Assembly: GCA_050633245.1 (NCBI GenBank)
Contig: JBOEGD010000011.1
Coordinates: forward strand, 192,001-256,000
Length of the DNA: 64,000 nt
Source of the DNA: Calditrichia bacterium
GTDB lineage: Bacteria > Calditrichota > Calditrichia > RBG-13-44-9 > J075
Reading direction: 5' to 3'
Shown: one piece after another, positions 1-9,357 of the stretch
Layout: every line of letters begins with the position of its first letter
Position numbering within the stretch: position 1 is the first letter of the stretch
Made by a program: the position numbers and the translations under genes
Notes under the pieces: generated by a model
What the model saw: only the letters and a program-made list of their open reading frames with translations
Database searches by the model: none
What the model was told of the DNA's origin: nothing

Positions 1-197
1 AACAAGCCGCCCAGCCAGTAACGCAGAGTTAGCCTGACCGAATCTTGCTCGGCGCGATCATTGTACAGCATGGCAAGCCTTGAGGCAGAGTAAGAGATTT
101 CTTCCCACAGAACATCTTGTGCTTTCGCAGTGGTGCCCAAATTAAACAGGGCGAAGAAGCAAAGAATAGCGCTAAGACAGAACGCTGTGCCAGTCAT
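1..197 (-). CDS. Secreted protein, N-terminal part (runs off the window start)
   Basis: Manually translated from ATG at 197: MTGTAFCLSAILCFFALFNLGTTAKAQDVLWEE... This is a Sec-type signal peptide (AKA-Q). The frame is open to the window edge and overlaps the GH3 3' end by 26 nt. Confidence 0.65.
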   Translation of the reverse strand, partial: MTGTAFCLSAILCFFALFNLGTTAKAQDVLWEEISYSASRLAMLYNDRAEQDSVRLTLRYWLGGL

Positions 198-1815
198 TCG
201 GCTGCTCGAGAAAGCGCGGCTTGATGGTTCCGCTAATGGCTGTTTTGGCTCGGAAGGCATAGTAGAGTTTGTCGGCGCCTTTAGGCAGCGCTTGCGCTTG
301 AAAGGCAGCGAGTTGGTAAAGCGATCGGCAGTTCTGATAGTGGTAGTTTTCACAAAGGCCCTTTTCGATATCAAGTGCTAACTTCGCAAAATTATGTTCA
401 ACGTCTGTGGTATAAAACAAGCAGTAGCTGCTAGGTTTTTTTTGCGTGTTTGCCGCGACAAAGTAGAATGAGCTCTGAATGGACTGGTTTCGAAACGCCA
501 CTTCAACTACGTCACGCAGGTGCTGTTCACTGATTTTTTCGCCATATAGATCTGAAATGCCATCCTTTTTCCCGAGAAATTTTAAGCAGGGTGCCTGATG
601 AAAATACCCGGTGCACAAAACTCTGTCGTTTAGGCGGTAGCGATATAACCCGCCAGACGTTGTAATTATCACACTATATTCACCGTTTTCTCTTAGTTCA
701 GTCGCGGTATGAACTGTGCCATTTGCAAGGTTCTCGAACTCGTAAAAATGTGATGTTGCCGTCAAAACATGTTGCGGTGTTTCATCTTTAGTACTCTGTA
801 TTGGAATAGTTACAATACCCTCTGTTGCCAGTAACCCCTTTGGTTGAACCGCGACACCGGGAAATGCTTTTTTAAGTTCTGGAATTGAATTCTTTGCCCA
901 CGCATCAGCCCAACAGCTTATAAGTGCAAGGTTGGGCCAGATTGCACGCCAGTCCCGCGAGGTGACCGCCTGCTGAATTAAGGTGGCTCTTTCCTTTTTT
1001 CCCTTGAAGATGCCTTTTATTTGCTTTAGCTGAACCGATGGCAAAGGTGAGGGGGGCGTTATACTTCCTGAAGCTAAATCTTGGAATAGTGCATCCTGCC
1101 ACAGGATTGCTTTGTCCATAAGAACCAGCAGGGAGGTTGGATTCCAGAGAGAAATAAGTCTTAAATTCTCTTCGCTGAACAGAAAAAGCAAAGATAGATA
1201 TGCATGATTTTCCATGTCTGTTACAGTGGAAAGTACTGGGGGAATCACCATTAATTGTCTTACAAGCTTTCTCTCAACAAAAGACAGGTAATCTGAATCT
1301 GACGCGAACTCAATGGGAATGACGCTCTGTTCAGGTTTGGTAATTGGTGTGGGCGGTGAGACGAACCAGTATGCCCGTCCTGCCATTAATTCCGGATAGG
1401 TAGACATCAAATTGTATATCCATGCTCCAATAGCTTGCTGAAATTCGTTTCTCAGTGTGGGTGTTGAGGGGATGTATTTGCACGCGCTGGCCGTACCGCT
1501 TGTAGGTTCAAATCTTGTAATAGCTGACGCGGTCAGCACATTTTCTTCCCCGGTCATTATGCGCTGAATCTGCTGAGAATAGTCCTGGTAATCTGTAACT
1601 GGCACCTGCTCTTGAAACTCAGCGACCGTGCGAATTCTGGAAAAGTTGTGCTCACTACCAAAACGGGTGTTTTGATTTACATTAAGGATGTTTTCCAGGA
1701 TAGCAGTTTGAGCAGTCCGAACATTTTTGCATGCGTACAAAAAGTTTTTCCAGCTTTTTCGGGAGCTGAATTTCCAAATGGAATTGGCGAGGTAGGGGAT
1801 AGATGGTGAAATCAT
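172..1815 (-). CDS. GH3 family acyl-adenylate/amide-forming ligase
   Basis: GH3 motifs F..QVPVTDY, FEPTSGT (P-loop-like), ATEG, HFYEF and TTSGGLYRYRLNDRV, and GEKISE. The start is placed at ATG 1815 because GTG 1830 lies inside a hairpin. Confidence 0.9.
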   Translation of the reverse strand: MISPSIPYLANSIWKFSSRKSWKNFLYACKNVRTAQTAILENILNVNQNTRFGSEHNFSRIRTVAEFQEQVPVTDYQDYSQQIQRIMTGEENVLTASAITRFEPTSGTASACKYIPSTPTLRNEFQQAIGAWIYNLMSTYPELMAGRAYWFVSPPTPITKPEQSVIPIEFASDSDYLSFVERKLVRQLMVIPPVLSTVTDMENHAYLSLLFLFSEENLRLISLWNPTSLLVLMDKAILWQDALFQDLASGSITPPSPLPSVQLKQIKGIFKGKKERATLIQQAVTSRDWRAIWPNLALISCWADAWAKNSIPELKKAFPGVAVQPKGLLATEGIVTIPIQSTKDETPQHVLTATSHFYEFENLANGTVHTATELRENGEYSVIITTSGGLYRYRLNDRVLCTGYFHQAPCLKFLGKKDGISDLYGEKISEQHLRDVVEVAFRNQSIQSSFYFVAANTQKKPSSYCLFYTTDVEHNFAKLALDIEKGLCENYHYQNCRSLYQLAAFQAQALPKGADKLYYAFRAKTAISGTIKPRFLEQPNDWHSVLS

Positions 1816-1824
1816 AATAATAAA

Positions 1825-1850
1825 CGTCACCTGCCGGAAGGCAGGTGACG
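1825..1850 (-). terminator. Perfect 11-bp hairpin after the TonB receptor stop
   Basis: CGTCACCTGCC-GGAA-GGCAGGTGACG, followed by TTTATTATT on the minus strand. Confidence 0.65.
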
Positions 1851-1864
1851 AGATAATTAATGCT

Positions 1865-4468
1865 TTAGAAGCTGAGGTTTAAGGCGCCAAGAATAACGCG
1901 ACCATTAAAACCAAACTGATTTACTTCCCAGGGGTAGCGGAAGCGTCCACCAAGATCGGTTACGACATCGCCGCCGGTCTCAATTTCGTCCGGATAAGTT
2001 CCGGCAATATTGTTAACAAGCAGGCTAAGTGAAATCTGATTGCTGAACGCATAGCTTGCGTTCAAATCGAATATCGGCTTACCAGCAAAGGTCTGATCCA
2101 GAGTTGGGTCGCTGGCGTGCTGCCAGGTTACTTCACCGAAATAGGTTCCGGAGACGCCAACTGTCAGAGGAACAGCCGCAAGATCGTAACTAACACCCAG
2201 GATTACTTTTTGGTTTGGACGAGCGGAAAGAATACGACTTTGCTCTTTGCGATCGAAGATGTCCGCGCCATCGGCTGCCAGAACGGAAGGTGTATTAATT
2301 TGTCCCTCAATTGAGTGATCGTAAAAAGATGCTGCAGCATTGAAGCGCAGGCCATCTTTTGAATAGTTTCCAACCAAATCAAGACCACGAGTGCGACTAT
2401 TAACAGCGTTGATAAAGAATTTCAGGCTGGTAATAGAGTTCGCATCCAGAATTGCGCCAACTGTTGTCGTGGGATCGCTATTGGCAATCGAGCTAGAGAA
2501 AATAATCCGATCATCAACGTCAATCTGAAAAACATCTGCAGAAATATTCACGTTCTGTGATGGGCGAGCTGCAAAACCAAAGGTAAAGTTGATTGATTCT
2601 TCTTCTTTAAGTTCAGCTACGCCAAGTTCACGGAGAATCGGGCTCGTATTGTCAAATGTTCCCTGGTTACTTACGGTTCCACCGGATACAAGCGTTTGAA
2701 TATTACTTAGATTAATTTGATGCAGAGATGGCGCTCGGAAACCAGTTGAAAATGAGCCGCGAACGCTGAAAGAGTTCAGTGGGCTCTTATAGCGAGCTGC
2801 AGCTTTAAACGTTGTGCTGGTACCAAAATCACTATAGTTCTCGAAGCGTACAGCGCCACCAACATAGAAGTCTGGTGTAACGTCAGCGCCAAGATCCAGA
2901 TAGGCACCAAAGTTGGTGCGAGTGGCATCTACTTCATTCTGTGGCTGAAGTCCTGGAAAAGATTGTGCTCCGCCACCAGTGTAGGATGCTTCTTCGCCCG
3001 CGTTGGCAACGAATTTTTCCTGTCGGAACTCACCACCGACACTGGCAAAAATCTGCTCGCTCAGCTGACGGGAGGCATCAACATTGACGATGTTATTGGC
3101 AAATTCATAACCACCAGCATCGAACTCTGTTGGGCTATCTGCACCCAGAGCCGGATTTAACGTATTGCCAATGTTGTAGTCAACCGAATTCATCCCAAAG
3201 GAATAGCTTAGGTCATAATTCCACCCGGATCTGTTGCCACGATAACCGGCAGAGCCTGAGACATCAAGGACATCGGTGTCGAAGGTCGGCTGGAAGCCTT
3301 GATATTCTGTGCCTGCTTCATGTAGTAGATTATTTGGATCCGGAATCCAGTAGGGTGTGCGATATAGTGCGTAGCTCTCACCTTTGCGTAAAACAACGCC
3401 ACCAAATCCATAAATTTCATCAGTTTCATTTACTTTATAAGCACTGTTCAGGTATCCACTGCCCTTTGTCAGGTTTGGCAGACCAACAGTCATACCAAGA
3501 TCAGGGTTAGCCATAATGAAGGGGTCGGTTCCATCAACACCAAACAGCTGATCATCGCCCGGCTCACCGGCACGGTTTGTTTCTTCCTGATCGGAAAAGC
3601 TTGCTGTGAAGTTGATAAAGCCTTTGTTATCAAAATTTTTGCCCGTATTCAAGTGTGCACCATACTGAAAACCATCGCCTTCTTCTGTGATTCCGGAAAA
3701 AGCGTTTATCGTGGTTTTTTCAGTTTCATCAGCCAGAATAACGTTAATAACACCGGCAATAGCGTCTGAACCGTATTGAGCAGAAGCACCGTCACGCAGA
3801 ACTTCAATGCGTTTTATAGAACCAACCGGAATACTACCCATGTCTACGCCGACGTCACCTTTACCAGGCGTGTCATTGATGTAAACGAGTGAGCTTGCAT
3901 TTTTACGCTTACCGTTAATAAGCACCAACGTACGGCTCGGCCCAAGACCACGCAGGTCAGCCGGATCAAAATGCGCCGTTGCATCAGAAATGGTTTGCTG
4001 GGTAGAATTGAAAGAGGGCACGCTATAATGCATCATTTTGTCAAATGATACCTGTGCGGTTGCTTCCAGTTCACGAATGTCGATGTTGTCAATCGGAACA
4101 GGAGAGGTGATGGATGTGCGTGGGCGGAAACGAGATCCTACAGTAGTAACCGACTCACCTGCAATCGCATCTTCTGCCAGAGTAACATAGACATAACTGT
4201 CATTGGTTGCTGTTACGGATTGTGTTGCGTATCCGACATAAGAAAAAACCAGCGTTGCCGGCAGGCTTGCCACCTTAAAGCTAAATGCTCCATCGCTGTC
4301 TGTTGTCGTTCCGTTCTGCGTACCGGACTCAACAACATTTACACCAGCTAGCAGGCTGCCGTCGGCGCCTTTTACCTGGCCGGTAAGAACGACATCTTGT
4401 GCCACCAAAAAGCCGGTTGCTAAAAGAAGCGTAAATACCGCGGTTAATAAATTGTGACGTTGTTTCAT
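1865..4468 (-). CDS. TonB-dependent outer membrane receptor with an N-terminal carboxypeptidase-regulatory-like domain
   Basis: Signal peptide MKQRHNLL...VAQ after a GGAG RBS. Plug motifs LRGLGPSRTLVLINGKR and IEVLRDGASAQYGSDAIAGVIN, STGFRAPSL, and a C-terminal Phe. Confidence 0.95.
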   Translation of the reverse strand: MKQRHNLLTAVFTLLLATGFLVAQDVVLTGQVKGADGSLLAGVNVVESGTQNGTTTDSDGAFSFKVASLPATLVFSYVGYATQSVTATNDSYVYVTLAEDAIAGESVTTVGSRFRPRTSITSPVPIDNIDIRELEATAQVSFDKMMHYSVPSFNSTQQTISDATAHFDPADLRGLGPSRTLVLINGKRKNASSLVYINDTPGKGDVGVDMGSIPVGSIKRIEVLRDGASAQYGSDAIAGVINVILADETEKTTINAFSGITEEGDGFQYGAHLNTGKNFDNKGFINFTASFSDQEETNRAGEPGDDQLFGVDGTDPFIMANPDLGMTVGLPNLTKGSGYLNSAYKVNETDEIYGFGGVVLRKGESYALYRTPYWIPDPNNLLHEAGTEYQGFQPTFDTDVLDVSGSAGYRGNRSGWNYDLSYSFGMNSVDYNIGNTLNPALGADSPTEFDAGGYEFANNIVNVDASRQLSEQIFASVGGEFRQEKFVANAGEEASYTGGGAQSFPGLQPQNEVDATRTNFGAYLDLGADVTPDFYVGGAVRFENYSDFGTSTTFKAAARYKSPLNSFSVRGSFSTGFRAPSLHQINLSNIQTLVSGGTVSNQGTFDNTSPILRELGVAELKEEESINFTFGFAARPSQNVNISADVFQIDVDDRIIFSSSIANSDPTTTVGAILDANSITSLKFFINAVNSRTRGLDLVGNYSKDGLRFNAAASFYDHSIEGQINTPSVLAADGADIFDRKEQSRILSARPNQKVILGVSYDLAAVPLTVGVSGTYFGEVTWQHASDPTLDQTFAGKPIFDLNASYAFSNQISLSLLVNNIAGTYPDEIETGGDVVTDLGGRFRYPWEVNQFGFNGRVILGALNLSF

Positions 4469-4687
4469 AGAATTTCTCCATGATAAAGGACGTGTAGGAT
4501 GAATTAGGGTGTTTTGTTTATCTTTTTTTTTGAATATATCGGTTTGGAATAACTTACGCAAGAGTGTGTTTTCACATATTTTAGGAAAAAGTAAATGACG
4601 AATCATCGATCGAAATGTCCAAAACTTAACACATTTCAGCGAGACGTCAAAAAAGCTGCCTAACAGCATTTTAATATTAACGGGATT

Positions 4688-5422
4688 CTATTCCGCAAGT
4701 TGCAGTGGGGGAGTGTCATCGACATGTTTTTTTAGCTGACGTTTAATAAAAGGCGTAATATTTTCTTCACCAAGTGGGGCAATGCAAACGAGTTCACTGC
4801 CTGTATCTACGTGCGGATTTCTTTCATAAAAATAGTCTACGTGTGGATTGGTACGGCCGCGTAAATCAAACTCTGCTTTTAAAGCCTGTGAAGAGGTCGT
4901 GCCATTAATGAGTCCTGATTGAGGGTCATAGCGATCCGGATAGCGCTTGTGCCCCAGGCTATTAATAAGGTCTGCTTCCCACTTGGGCGTAGGTTTTTCG
5001 TGCCGGGGATAAAACTCATGAAAAAATATTGGAAGAAATCGATATGTTCGAACGCCTTTTGAAATTAACATCCAGTATAATTTCTCCCCCGGGTTGGCTT
5101 TTTTTAATGAAAGCATCAGGTTGCCCCAGGCGATCGGAAGCGCGAAGCTTCCCCAGTAGGTTGAATCGATTACGGTGTCACCGGAAAAAAGAATGAGCAA
5201 TTTCTCGTCGCGAAGGCGATGCTCAAACAGCAATTGCGTCGAGAATCCACAAATTTCATTCTCTTCGTTTCTCAGTAAAATAACCCAATCTTTTTCTGAT
5301 AGATCGGCAGTGAAATTGTGTTCATCGACATTTCGATAATGTCGCTGCATTAACGTCAGCATCTGATGTTGTTCCTGCCTGGTAATTTCGCTGACCGAAA
5401 TGGTTTTTCCTGTAAGTGCCAT
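4688..5422 (-). CDS. GNAT-like protein (putative N-acyltransferase)
   Basis: ICGFSTQ beta strand and GDTVIDSTYWGS resembling GNAT motif A. Starts 1 nt after the upstream stop. Confidence 0.6.
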   Translation of the reverse strand: MALTGKTISVSEITRQEQHQMLTLMQRHYRNVDEHNFTADLSEKDWVILLRNEENEICGFSTQLLFEHRLRDEKLLILFSGDTVIDSTYWGSFALPIAWGNLMLSLKKANPGEKLYWMLISKGVRTYRFLPIFFHEFYPRHEKPTPKWEADLINSLGHKRYPDRYDPQSGLINGTTSSQALKAEFDLRGRTNPHVDYFYERNPHVDTGSELVCIAPLGEENITPFIKRQLKKHVDDTPPLQLAE

Positions 5423-5423
5423 G

Positions 5424-6524
5424 TTACAATGCTCCTAATTCCAGATATGGCGTACGCCCATCCGGAGTTGGGTGAACTGAGTTGTCCCAATAAACATAAT
5501 ACAATCGGCTCAGATATGGAATATGCGGTAGCCCTCTTGCAGCAGATAACAATGCGTCTGTCTCGTGTAATCCCAATAAAACAGAATGTAAATTCTTGTT
5601 TGCTGAAAGAACGGTTTTTAAAAGCTGTATAAAGATATCCTGCTGGTCGTTTAGAATACAGCATAGTGCACAACTTCCATAGTCGAGTTCGCCTTTCGCC
5701 GGCAGGATGGGTTTCCCATAGATCTTGTGCAATAAATTGTAGAGCGGTTTTGCGATGTGAACACTCCGGCTATATGTTTCGATGACAGTTTGCCGAAAGG
5801 ATTTCTGGTTCCATAAAGCCAGCGTACCGAGAATGCGATTAGCCGACTCTGCGATGTAGATATCATGATGTGTTAAGCCGCGGAGAATTCCGGTTGCAGA
5901 TCGAAGGTGAGTTTCCGTGTAGTGAGGGAATAGTTGGCGCTTGCGTCCATTCGTATTTAGAAAGTCTATAATTGCGGGAATGTCTTCCTCTGTTGCTCTT
6001 CGGATACTTGTATGTGTCTTTGGTTCAGAAGCTCTTGCTCGATAGGCTAAAGTAATATACTGCCCGCCGTCGACATATCTTGGTAATCCCGCTTTACCCG
6101 ATGTTAATAGTCGCTTTGCGAGAATATTGTCCTCCACAATCGTGGTGAAATAGTAACGTACCTTTTCAGCATTATGGATTTGCCGTAGATGTTTGTAGCC
6201 TCTGGCAACCGCTAAGCCATTTCGATAGCTCTCTTCGAGGCGTAATCCACTTAAGTAGCCAACTGCGGTTATTTTATCATTTAAATAGCAGTTTTTAACA
6301 GACCGGGTTCCAAAGCCAACAATTTTTTTCGTTTGCTTATCCTTTGCCGTTACAACGTGCGTGCGTTCGCCTTCGACCTGAATTGCCTCAAAAAAGGATG
6401 GCTCACGACGAAAAGAAAGTGAGATTCGTCCCGGCATTGAATTTTCGCGCAGGAGCCGTCTCAGGTCTGCATCATCACTCTGTTTTGCTGAAGCAATGTC
6501 AACGTAGCGCAGTTTATGAGGCAT
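5424..6524 (-). CDS. Tandem-GNAT-fold acyltransferase
   Basis: YLSGLRLEESYRNGL (motif A-like). A second domain begins IRRATEEDIPAI. Overlaps the upstream rSAM stop. Confidence 0.75.
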   Translation of the reverse strand: MPHKLRYVDIASAKQSDDADLRRLLRENSMPGRISLSFRREPSFFEAIQVEGERTHVVTAKDKQTKKIVGFGTRSVKNCYLNDKITAVGYLSGLRLEESYRNGLAVARGYKHLRQIHNAEKVRYYFTTIVEDNILAKRLLTSGKAGLPRYVDGGQYITLAYRARASEPKTHTSIRRATEEDIPAIIDFLNTNGRKRQLFPHYTETHLRSATGILRGLTHHDIYIAESANRILGTLALWNQKSFRQTVIETYSRSVHIAKPLYNLLHKIYGKPILPAKGELDYGSCALCCILNDQQDIFIQLLKTVLSANKNLHSVLLGLHETDALLSAARGLPHIPYLSRLYYVYWDNSVHPTPDGRTPYLELGAL

Positions 6525-7890
6525 GTGCAATTTTTGTGTCAGCAACCTTCAGCAATTCCCCCTTGAAGCGCAGGTCTCCAAGTGGATAGTCTTCACGTTG
6601 CGTAGCCTCCTTGCGCAAGAGTAAATTGATAAACCAATAGGCATGTAGCATAAACAGTCCTCCGGCGTTCGTGCTGTCGAACATGCGATTGACGATAGAC
6701 GGTATGCTGTAAAATGCCTTCCGCGCATTCACGCATTCGCTCTTGATGACATCGGGTGGAATAGCTGTTTTAAACGGTACTTGCCCGTATTGATACCGTT
6801 CATCCATCCACCACTTATCGTAAAGTAACTTTCCTTCTGCTTCGAGCTTCTTGTATAATGGTGTTCCCGGAAAAGGGGTGAGATGATTAAAGGCCGCCAT
6901 ATATATTTTGTGTTTAACACAGAAATCGACGGTTTCCTTAAAAGAATCCATTGTGTCTTCTTCATAGCCAAAGATAAAGGTGGCGTAGAGACGAATGCCA
7001 TATTCCTTGAACTTTGCCAGTGCCGGTTCAAATCCACCCCGCGCAGAGTTGAACTTTTTGTTCATATTTTCAAGATTCTTTTTATTGAGCGACTCGAATC
7101 CGACCAATACCCCCTGGCATCCGCTTTCCTGCATAATCTGAAGAAGTTCTTCATCATAAGACATGGTAATGGATGCCTGGCTTACCCACTTTATGTTGAG
7201 TGGAATCAGCGCGCGATAAAACTCCTTTGCTTCTTTAGGGTAGGATGCAATGTTGTCATCTACAAAGAAGAACAACTTCTTGTCTTGCTTCATTTCCCTT
7301 AACTCGCTAATTATTTCTTCCGTTGTGCGCCGGGTTTGGGTGGCATCGAAGTAACTCGTTACGGCGCAGAACTCACATTTAAAAGTACAGCCCCTTGCCG
7401 CCTCGATGAGGCCCAATTTTAGATAACTCTTGCCTTTGAAAATGCTGCGGTCGGGGCGAATGCGGCTAATGTCGGAGCGTCCTTCAATGCGATAACTACG
7501 CTGCATACAGCCATTTTCAAAATCCTGCAATAGCTGCGGAAAGCTCTGTTCAGCCTCACCGATTACTATTGCCTCGGCATATTCCTGAACTTCCTCGGGA
7601 ATAAGAGTTGTGTGAAATCCGCCCATTACGACGGGAATCCCGCGTCGTCGGTATTCTGTTGCAATCTGGTAGGCGCGCTTGGCAGTATAGGTTTCGACAC
7701 TGATTGCCACTAAATCGGTCGGCTCCTCGTAAGGAATCTCTTCCAGCCTGTCGTCCCAAAAGGCAATGTCCCAATGAGAAGGTCGCAGCGCAGCCAAATA
7801 CGCCGGGGCAAGAGGCTCCATCTGCCAACTTTTAATGTAGGACTTTCCGGGAATTCGTCCGACGCAGGGATGAATAATGGTTAGCTTCAA
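6514..7890 (-). CDS. B12-binding radical SAM protein (copy 4 in transcription order)
   Basis: GGFHTT in the cobalamin-binding domain, RGCTFKCEFC, FVDDN, TPFPGT. TTG start after GAGGTG, with a TTGA overlap on the previous stop. Confidence 0.93.
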   Translation of the reverse strand: MKLTIIHPCVGRIPGKSYIKSWQMEPLAPAYLAALRPSHWDIAFWDDRLEEIPYEEPTDLVAISVETYTAKRAYQIATEYRRRGIPVVMGGFHTTLIPEEVQEYAEAIVIGEAEQSFPQLLQDFENGCMQRSYRIEGRSDISRIRPDRSIFKGKSYLKLGLIEAARGCTFKCEFCAVTSYFDATQTRRTTEEIISELREMKQDKKLFFFVDDNIASYPKEAKEFYRALIPLNIKWVSQASITMSYDEELLQIMQESGCQGVLVGFESLNKKNLENMNKKFNSARGGFEPALAKFKEYGIRLYATFIFGYEEDTMDSFKETVDFCVKHKIYMAAFNHLTPFPGTPLYKKLEAEGKLLYDKWWMDERYQYGQVPFKTAIPPDVIKSECVNARKAFYSIPSIVNRMFDSTNAGGLFMLHAYWFINLLLRKEATQREDYPLGDLRFKGELLKVADTKIAHAS

Positions 7891-9224
7891 AGTGCACCTC
7901 CGAGACAATTGTAAAATGTCGATAAATTTTGAGCATAATAGCGATAGCCGATATTGGCAGCTACGATAACCGGCAATAGTTTTAAGCGATGTTGAAGGCG
8001 ACGTGTATTACGTATGGCCATATTTTTATAACCATAGACATCGCGCCAGATTTTTTCATGGCCGTTTAGCAACTCTGTCGCAGACATTTGTGCTGGTTCA
8101 AAAACAACATGTTGTCCATCGTACAAGCTCCAGTCACGTGAAATAATGCGCTGCTGGGTCTCTAATTGCTTGAATAAGGGTGTTCCGGGAAATGGTGTGA
8201 GTAGAGAGAAGCGTGGCAGATCGATTCCGGTAGACATAACAAAATCCCGAACCTCAGAAAAGCTTTCAAGTGAATCAGAGTCATTGCCAAAAACAAATGT
8301 CCCATTGATGGCAATGCCTAAACGGTGCAGGGTCTCAACAACTGCTGCGTAGGTGTGTGGTCGATTAAAACGCTTGTTCGAGTCTGCCAGCGAACCGGTT
8401 GAAAGACTTTCAAAGCCGATTAGTAATCCTCGACAGCCAGAGCGAGCAAGGAGGTTGAGCAATTCTTCATCTTCAACAATGAGTGTTGTGGCAAGTCCAA
8501 ACCATTTAATTCGCAATGGGATCAACGCAGTAAACAGCTGCTTTGCATAGCGCCGATCGGCAATTATGTTGAGATCGTAGAAAACCAGATGCTTCGCACC
8601 AAGCTGCCGAATATCTTCCACTACATGCTGCACGGGCTTCAAGAATGGCTTTCTGCCCCAAGCTGACGGCACCACGCAGAAGTCGCACTTGTGTACGCAC
8701 CCGCGCGTGGCTTCAAATGTGTTCATAGACTTAAAAGCGCGCTTGTCTAACATGTCTCGTTTGGCAAAGGGGATGGATGGCATATTGTTAAAGGAAAAGT
8801 CTGGGGACATATCGTAGCGTGGTTTTAACTGCCCGGATTTATAGTCGTGTAGAAGTAATGGCCAGGACTCTTCGGCATAGCCGGTAACAATACTGTCTGC
8901 ATGTAGCTGCGCTTCCTCGGGTAGCAAGGTGACATGTGGCCCGCCGAGCACAACGGTTTTACCCTCGTTTTGAAATTGCTTTGCAAGCTCATAAGCACGT
9001 GGAGCCGTTCCGGTAATGACCGTCATACCAACCAGATCAGCATCAATGCGTTCTGGAAGATCCTCAATGCCCTCGTCATAGAGGATAATCTCAGCATTGA
9101 GTTTCTCTGGAACCAACGATGCCAAAGTTGTCAGTGTCAACGGGGCAACTCTGAGCGACTTGCGAAAAATGCCGGTCCGATGACGATAGAGCGGTCCCTT
9201 TGGGGATATGAGTGCTATTTTCAT
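7887..9224 (-). CDS. B12-binding radical SAM protein (copy 3, the most divergent)
   Basis: GGPHVT, RGCVHKCDFC, FYDLN, TPFPGT. Confidence 0.93.
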   Translation of the reverse strand: MKIALISPKGPLYRHRTGIFRKSLRVAPLTLTTLASLVPEKLNAEIILYDEGIEDLPERIDADLVGMTVITGTAPRAYELAKQFQNEGKTVVLGGPHVTLLPEEAQLHADSIVTGYAEESWPLLLHDYKSGQLKPRYDMSPDFSFNNMPSIPFAKRDMLDKRAFKSMNTFEATRGCVHKCDFCVVPSAWGRKPFLKPVQHVVEDIRQLGAKHLVFYDLNIIADRRYAKQLFTALIPLRIKWFGLATTLIVEDEELLNLLARSGCRGLLIGFESLSTGSLADSNKRFNRPHTYAAVVETLHRLGIAINGTFVFGNDSDSLESFSEVRDFVMSTGIDLPRFSLLTPFPGTPLFKQLETQQRIISRDWSLYDGQHVVFEPAQMSATELLNGHEKIWRDVYGYKNMAIRNTRRLQHRLKLLPVIVAANIGYRYYAQNLSTFYNCLGGAL

Positions 9225-9243
9225 TGCAAAACCTGCGGTTTTG

Positions 9244-9354
9244 AGTTCAAAGTTCAAGGTTCAAAGTTCAGAGTTAGACTAAAAAACTTGTGTCGAACAG
9301 AAGCTTATCAAGCTATCCAATGAATAAACGTTGAACTCTGAACGCTGAGCTTTG
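9244..9354. repeat. Heptamer tandem repeats (AGTTCAA-like) with a degenerate inverted array
   Basis: AGTTCAA AGTTCAA GGTTCAA AGTTCAG at 9244-9271, and TTGAACT CTGAACG CTGAGCT at about 9331-9351. Confidence 0.75.
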
Positions 9355-9357
9355 TTT

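Noticed and set aside
4469-4669. N-terminal extension of the TonB receptor in the ORF track
   Set aside because: The RBS and signal peptide place the start at 4468. The extension is AT-rich intergenic sequence.
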